From contig OZ024744.1 of the NCBI GenBank assembly GCA_964016885.1, positions 97,154,001 through 97,218,000 of the forward strand: a DNA stretch of 64,000 nt. Reading direction: 5' to 3'. Position numbers and translations under genes: made by a program. Source of the stretch: Eledone cirrhosa (lineage: Eukaryota). A model generated the notes under the pieces. The model saw nothing but the letters and a program-made list of their open reading frames with translations. It was not told where the DNA came from and searched no databases. Position 1 is the first letter of the stretch. Every line of letters begins with the position of its first letter. Shown one piece after another: positions 55,909-64,000 of this stretch.

Positions 55909-56190
55909 GATGGCAGCAAACTCTGCTAAGAGTACTGCAATAACTTGCCTGATTGTAGAGTTTGGTGCACCTTTAGGTTTCGGCTAGACACACGAAGCTG
56001 TAACAGACCCTGGACAAGCAATGCCCGTGCTTTGAAGGTTTTTTTACACTCGACCAATCCCACTCTCTGATCGTCGAAAATACTACCCGAATAGGAGAAC
56101 AAGTCAACGTCATCGGATGCTTCCGAAGCCGCAGGGTTTTTTTCAGAGTTTCCCTCTCCTAGAAAGGTGTTGTGACAACAACAGGGGGCC
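55909..56190 (-). mobile_element. Diverged second copy of the RTE-related short element
   Basis: Shares GAACAAGTCAAC.TCAT.GGAT and TCAGAGTTT.CC.TCTCCTAGAA with 55306-55376; its tail runs into (TACA)n. Confidence 0.5.
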
Positions 56191-56553
56191 CTTCACTCCT
56201 AGGTGAAAAATAAAAAAAAAGTACTATTAGGATGGCCGTTGACTCTGCTGAGTCCCTCCGCCTTTTACCAAGTGTTAGATAAGTCAAACTTTACATAGAC
56301 ACTCTACGCTACCATTTTTGACTTATACACGCCGAAATTATATTTTTCTCTTGTTTTTTTTTTTATTCCTTTGAATTAAAGTTTACCGTTTCTAAAGATT
56401 ATAGATAGTTGTATAGCATAACATCTCTCTTAATGCCGTGCGTGCACGCCTGAGTGGGTTGGCATCCTCAGGTCAGTCCGCCTTCTTACACCTTCTCCCT
56501 TATATTTCGGCCTGTTTAGCCCCCCCCCCCACACACACACACCGCCCGCCGCC

Positions 56554-57100
56554 ATGAAGGTAATAAACTATGTAGATAACAATGGAATGGTCGCTGTGCG
56601 GCATATCATCGTTCTAGGTTGGGCAGCTTTCAACAAGAACAAGGAACTACTAACATCAAAACGAGTTTCCTACCATTTGAAGGCTAAGATCTTTGATACT
56701 TACATCGGACCAGTTGTGTTATATGGTCTTGACTGTGTTAATTAGACGACAAGGTCACTTCAGAAGCTCTCTACATTCCAGAACCACATCATGAGACTTA
56801 TGACTGGCAAGCGGCTCAGCGACTGTATCTGTATCAGTGAGCTGCTCAACATTACCAAACTTAGACCAATTACATCAATTGTCAAGTCAAGAGTACTCAA
56901 ACTATACGGTCATATAAAAATATCAACTCGGGGTGTGAATACGTTATGCCTGGAAGGGAGGTTGGCTGGTAAGAGAAGCAGAGGCCGGCAGCCAAAATGA
57001 TGACTTGACAATATCAACTTATGGACTGGACTTGATCTTTGCTCTTTGAACTCTGCTGCTGGTGATCGAACTTTGTGGAGAAAAATATTTCACGTTGATG
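56554..57100 (+). mobile_element. RTE-clade LINE fragment (region C-terminal to RT), decayed
   Basis: GWAAF..K.LL, KAKIFDTYIGPVVLYGLDC, LKLYGHI, LEG..GKRSRGR, with stop codons. Confidence 0.75.
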
Positions 57101-57423
57101 CGCAGTGTCACAAGAAGACGACATCCCAGATTATTGACCACTTCCTGTGACAAAAAAAACATCAAACTTTTAAGATTTTTTGCTTAGATTTTTTTTGCTT
57201 TTTTTGCTTTGACTATATGCCCATAAATAGACTGTACCTTTGATGAGTTCAGCTAGATTCCCGCTGTTCTAATACTGCTGACTCAGTTCGGATCTGGCTG
57301 TCGAAACGGCCGGAGGTCAACCATTGCAATCCTGAATCTTTTCATAAAACCCACTCTAATACCCCAAGTATCGAATACTATTTGGGTTATGGTCCACCTG
57401 GTATTTTACAACAACCTCTTTGT

Positions 57424-57573
57424 TATATATACACACACATACACACACACATATATATATTTATATATATATATATAAAGAGAGAGAAAGAGAGAGAGAT
57501 AGAGAGAGAAAGAGTAGAGGAGGGAAAGAAATCTGTATATGTGTGTGTATATATCTGCTTGTGTACGTGTATG

Positions 57574-57630
<57 letters not shown>

Positions 57631-57700
57631 TGTGTGTGTGTGTGTGTGTGTGTTTGAGTGTGTGAGAAAGAGAGAGAGAAAGAATGAAAAAAAGAAAGAG
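57424..57700. repeat. Compound (TA)n/(GA)n/(TG)n microsatellites
   Basis: Directly visible. Confidence 0.95.
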
Positions 57701-58002
57701 AAATAAAGAGATGTAGTGAAACAGTTAAGCGGATATAATTACTATGACATATATTTAAATATACTTAAGTGCAGATTAACATACTTCATGTAGTGTGCCA
57801 AAAATAATTTTAATCAATTGAATTTACACACGTAATGAGAGGAGTGAAAAGGAAAAAATCATTCGTGTTGATGTCAATACTGGTCTAGGAAAACAAGGGG
57901 AGATAATTCCGAAATTTAATTGATTAAAAAAATAAATGCAGACATTCAGTAAGGCTTGTGTATGGTCTTTAGCATGTACGATGTTTATCGGTGCTGTCTG
58001 TT

Positions 58003-58434
<432 letters not shown>

Positions 58435-58579
58435 AAAGACATTACGACAAGGAAATTAAAATCAATGAGATATATTTTCCATTGAGTTACAATTATTTAA
58501 GGGTCACATCTTAAATACGTTAACCTACACACAACTATGAATTCTTCATGCCGAAGACATTGATGATAGGTCTCTTGAT

Positions 58580-60845
58580 GTCATATATTCAAATTTGTCT
58601 CAATATATATATTTAAATCATATATTCAAATTTGTCTCAATATAAATATTTAAATCATATATTTAAATTTGTCTCAAGGATAAATATTTAAATCATATAT
58701 TTTAATTTGTCTCAATATAAATATTTAAATCATATATTTAAATTTGTCTCAATATATTTAAATCATATATTTAAATTTGTCTCAAGGATAAATATTTAAA
58801 TCATATATTCAAATTTGTCTCAATATAAATATTTAAATCATATATTCAAATTTGTCTCAATATATATATTTAAATCATATATTCAAATTTGCCTCAATAT
58901 AAATATTTAAATCATATTTTTAAATTTGTCTCAAGGATAAATATTTAAATCATATATTTAAATTTGTCTCAATATATATTTAAATCATATATTTTAATTT
59001 GTCTCAAGGATAAATATTTAAATATATTCAAATTTGTCTCAATATAAATATTTAAATCATATATTCAAATTTGTCTCAATATAAATATTTAAATCATATA
59101 TTCAAATTTGTCTCAATATAAATTTAAATCATATATTTTAATTTGTCTCAATATATATTTAATTCATATATTTAAATTTGTCTCAAGGATAAATATTTAA
59201 ATCATATATTCAAATTTGCCTCAATATAAATATTTAAATCATATATTAAAATTTGTCTCAATATATATATTTAAATCATATTTTTAAATTTGTCTCAAGG
59301 ATAAATATTTAAATCATATATTTAAATTTGTCTCAATATATATTTAAATCATATATTTTAATTTGTCTCAATATATATTTAATTCATATATTTAAATTTG
59401 TCTCAAGGATAAATATTTAAATCATATATTTTAATTTGTCTCAATATAAATATTTAAATCATATATTTAAATTTGTCTCAATATATTTAAATCATATATT
59501 TAAATTTGTCTCAAGGATAAATATTTAAATCATATATTCAAATTTGTCTCAATATAAATATTTAAATCATATATTCAAATTTGTCTCAATATAAATATTT
59601 AAATCATATATTTAAATTTGTCTCAATATGTTTAAATCTTATATTCAAATTTGTCTCAAGGATAAATATTTAAATCTTATATTCAAATTTGTCTCAATAT
59701 AAATATTTAAATCATATATTCAAATTTGTCTCAATATAAATATTTAAATCATATATTCAAATTTGTCTCAATATAAATATTTAAATCATATATTTAAATT
59801 TGTCTCAATATATTTAAATCTTATATTGAAATTTGTCTCAAGGATAAATATTTAAATCATATATTCAAATTTGTCTCAATATAAATATTTAAATCATATA
59901 TTCAAATTTGTCTCAATATAAATATTTAAATTATATATTTAAATTTGTCTCAATATATATATTTAAATCATATATTCAAAATTGTCTCAATATAAATATT
60001 TAAATCATATATTCAAATTTGTCTCAATATAAATATTTAAATCATATATTCAAATTTGTCTCAATATAAATATTTAAATCATATATTTAAATTTGTCTCA
60101 ATATATATATTTAAATCATATATTTAAATTTGTCTCAATATAAATATTTAAATCATATATTCAAATTTGTCTCAATATATATATTTAAATCATATTCAAA
60201 TTTGTCTCAATATAAATATTTAAATTATATATTTAAATTTGTCTCAATATATATATTTAAATCATATATTCAAATTTGTCTCAATATAAATATTTAAATC
60301 ATATATTTAAATTTGTCTCAAGGATAAATATTTAAATCATATATTTAAATTTGTCTCAATATATATATTTAAATCATATATTTAAATGTGTCTCAATATA
60401 AATATTTAAATCATATATTTATATTTGTCTCAATATATATATTTAAATCATATATTTAAATTTGTCTCAATATAAATATTTAAATCATATATTCAAATTT
60501 GTCTCAATATATATATTTAAATCATATTCAAATTTGTCTCAATATAAATATTTAAATTATATATTTAAATTTGTCTCAATATATATATTTAAATCATATA
60601 TTCAAATTTGTCTCAATATAAATATTTAAATCATATATTTAAATTTGTCTCAAGGATAAATATTTAAATCATATATTTAAATTTGTCTCAATATATATAT
60701 TTAAATCATATATTTAAATGTGTCTCAATATAAATATTTAAATCATATATTTAAATTTGTCTCAATATAAATATTTAAATCATATATTTAAATGTCTCAA
60801 TATAAATATTTAAATCATATATTTAAATTTGTCTCAAGGATAAAT
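58580..60845. repeat. 37-bp AT-rich satellite, block 1 (AAATTTGTCTCAATATAAATATTTAAATCATATATTC)
   Basis: Period of 37 measured between 58590 and 58627; variants carry AAGGATAAA. Confidence 0.96.
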
Positions 60846-60901
60846 CAAGGCTTTGTTTTTTTTCTCAATATGTTGCGTGTAATTGTGTGTATGGGGGTGG
60901 T

Positions 60902-60902
<1 letters not shown>

Positions 60903-60997
<95 letters not shown>

Positions 60998-61315
60998 GGT
61001 GTGTGTGCGGGTGTGTGTGCGGGTGTGTGCGTGCGTGTGTTGTGTGTTTGTGTGTGTCTGTGTGTGTGTGTGTGTGCGGGTGTGTGTGCGGGTGTGTGCG
61101 TGCGTGTGTTGTGTGTTTGTGTGTGTCTGTGTGTTGTGCGTTTGTGTGTGAGTGTATGTGTGTGTCTGTCCTTGCCTGTGCCTCTCTGTGTATATGTATA
61201 TTTATGTGTGTGCGTGTGTGTGTCTGAATATGTGTGTGTGTGTGTGCATGTGTATATATGTGTGTCTGTGTGTGTATATATGTGTGTCTGTGTGTGTGTC
61301 TGTGTGTGTATATAA

Positions 61316-61348
<33 letters not shown>
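60903..61348. repeat. (TG)n compound microsatellite (duplicate)
   Basis: Same interruptions as 58035-58433. Confidence 0.95.
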
Positions 61349-61493
61349 AAAGACATTACGACAAGGAAATTAAAATCAATGAGATATATTTTCCATTGAG
61401 TTACAATTATTTAAGGGTCACATCTTAAATACGTTAACCTACACACAACTATGAATTCTTCATGCCGAAGACATTGATGATAGGTCTCTTGAT

Positions 61494-63648
61494 GTCATAT
61501 ATTCAAATTTGTCTCAATATATATATTTAAATCATATATTCAAATTTGTCTCAATATAAATATTTAAATCATATATTTAAATTTGTCTCAAGGATAAATA
61601 TTTAAATCATATATTTTAATTTGTCTCAATATAAATATTTAAATCATATATTTAAATTTGTCTCAATATATTTAAATCATATATTTAAATTTGTCTCAAG
61701 GATAAATATTTAAATCATATATTCAAATTTGTCTCAATATAAATATTTAAATCATATATTCAAATTTGTCTCAATATATATATTTAAATCATATATTCAA
61801 ATTTGCCTCAATATAAATATTTAAATCATATTTTTAAATTTGTCTCAAGGATAAATATTTAAATCATATATTTAAATTTGTCTCAATATATATTTAAATC
61901 ATATATTTTAATTTGTCTCAAGGATAAATATTTAAATATATTCAAATTTGTCTCAATATAAATATTTAAATCATATATTCAAATTTGTCTCAATATAAAT
62001 ATTTAAATCATATATTCAAATTTGTCTCAATATAAATTTAAATCATATATTTTAATTTGTCTCAATATATATTTAATTCATATATTTAAATTTGTCTCAA
62101 GGATAAATATTTAAATCATATATTCAAATTTGCCTCAATATAAATATTTAAATCATATATTAAAATTTGTCTCAATATATATATTTAAATCATATTTTTA
62201 AATTTGTCTCAAGGATAAATATTTAAATCATATATTTAAATTTGTCTCAATATATATTTAAATCATATATTTTAATTTGTCTCAATATATATTTAATTCA
62301 TATATTTAAATTTGTCTCAAGGATAAATATTTAAATCATATATTTTAATTTGTCTCAATATAAATATTTAAATCATATATTTAAATTTGTCTCAATATAT
62401 TTAAATCATATATTTAAATTTGTCTCAAGGATAAATATTTAAATCATATATTCAAATTTGTCTCAATATAAATATTTAAATCATATATTCAAATTTGTCT
62501 CAATATAAATATTTAAATCATATATTTAAATTTGTCTCAATATGTTTAAATCTTATATTCAAATTTGTCTCAAGGATAAATATTTAAATCTTATATTCAA
62601 ATTTGTCTCAATATAAATATTTAAATCATATATTCAAATTTGTCTCAATATAAATATTTAAATCATATATTCAAATTTGTCTCAATATAAATATTTAAAT
62701 CATATATTTAAATTTGTCTCAATATATTTAAATCTTATATTGAAATTTGTCTCAAGGATAAATATTTAAATCATATATTCAAATTTGTCTCAATATAAAT
62801 ATTTAAATCATATATTCAAATTTGTCTCAATATAAATATTTAAATCATATATTCAAATTTGTCTCAATATAAATATTTAAATCATATATTTAAATTTGTC
62901 TCAATATATATATTTAAATCATATATTTAAATTTGTCTCAATATAAATATTTAAATCATATATTCAAATTTGTCTCAATATATATATTTAAATCATATTC
63001 AAATTTGTCTCAATATAAATATTTAAATTATATATTTAAATTTGTCTCAATATATATATTTAAATCATATATTCAAATTTGTCTCAATATAAATATTTAA
63101 ATCATATATTTAAATTTGTCTCAAGGATAAATATTTAAATCATATATTTAAATTTGTCTCAATATATATATTTAAATCATATATTTAAATGTGTCTCAAT
63201 ATAAATATTTAAATCATATATTTATATTTGTCTCAATATATATATTTAAATCATATATTTAAATTTGTCTCAATATAAATATTTAAATCATATATTCAAA
63301 TTTGTCTCAATATATATATTTAAATCATATTCAAATTTGTCTCAATATAAATATTTAAATTATATATTTAAATTTGTCTCAATATATATATTTAAATCAT
63401 ATATTCAAATTTGTCTCAATATAAATATTTAAATCATATATTTAAATTTGTCTCAAGGATAAATATTTAAATCATATATTTAAATTTGTCTCAATATATA
63501 TATTTAAATCATATATTTAAATGTGTCTCAATATAAATATTTAAATCATATATTTAAATTTGTCTCAATATAAATATTTAAATCATATATTTAAATGTCT
63601 CAATATAAATATTTAAATCATATATTTAAATTTGTCTCAAGGATAAAT
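61494..63648. repeat. 37-bp AT-rich satellite, block 2
   Basis: Same variant order as block 1; 111 bp (3 units) shorter. Confidence 0.96.
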
Positions 63649-63689
63649 CAAGGCTTTGTTTTTTTTCTCAATATGTTGCGTGTAATTGT

Positions 63690-64000
63690 GTGTATGGGGG
63701 TGGTGGTGTGTGTGTATGTGTGTGTGCATGTGTGTGTGTGGGGGGGTATGTGTTTGTGTGTATGTGTGTGCATGTGTGTGTTATGTGTGTGTGGGGGGCA
63801 TGTGTGTGTGCATGTGTGTCTGCATGCTTGTGCCTTTGTGTGTGTGTGAGTGTGTGTGTCTTTGTGTGTGTGTGAGTGTGTGTGTGTGAGCATGTGTATG
63901 TGCGTGTAATTGTTTGTGTGTGGGTAATAGTGTGTGTGTGTTTGTGTGTGTATGTGTGCATGAGTGTGTGTGCATGCATGTATGTGTGTGTGTGTTCGTG
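63690..64000. repeat. Degenerate (TG)n microsatellite running off the window end
   Basis: Directly visible. Confidence 0.95.

Noticed and set aside
58580-63648. 37-bp repeats as a CRISPR array
   Set aside because: The monomers are contiguous with no unique spacers, there are no cas genes, and the context is eukaryotic.

Overview
A eukaryotic, gene-free, repeat-saturated window. It is probably cephalopod/Octopus, inferred from recall of the SINE and MITE families and not verifiable here. From left to right it contains: a decayed Ty3/gypsy integrase; a 6.3-kb 17-bp satellite with a fold-back inversion; a cluster of tRNA-type SINEs; a (CA)n tract; an internally deleted Helitron nested in a piggyBac-type MITE; and a ~42-kb nest (12.7-54.6 kb) of non-LTR retrotransposons joined almost entirely through (AAT)n microsatellite. 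In the nest, R4/Dong-clade RT-RLE elements are all on the + strand and L1/Tx1-type two-ORF elements are all on the - strand. The Tx1-type set includes four near-identical full-length 6-kb copies in a head-to-tail array. The right end holds RTE-related fragments in (TACA)n, a degenerate hammerhead-like motif, and a ~2.9-kb tandem duplication containing a 37-bp AT-rich satellite. The most notable signals are: (1) a 3'-terminal stem-loop with a CUUGU loop and compensatory stem changes, shared by the Tx1-like LINEs and the local SINE, which suggests an (ATT)n-tailed LINE/SINE partnership; (2) opposite-strand co-targeting of (AAT)n by two unrelated LINE clades; (3) module swapping among Tx1 lineages, including an in-frame ORF2 chimera; (4) a conserved splice donor over the ORF1 stop whose use would fuse ORF1 to ORF2 in frame.
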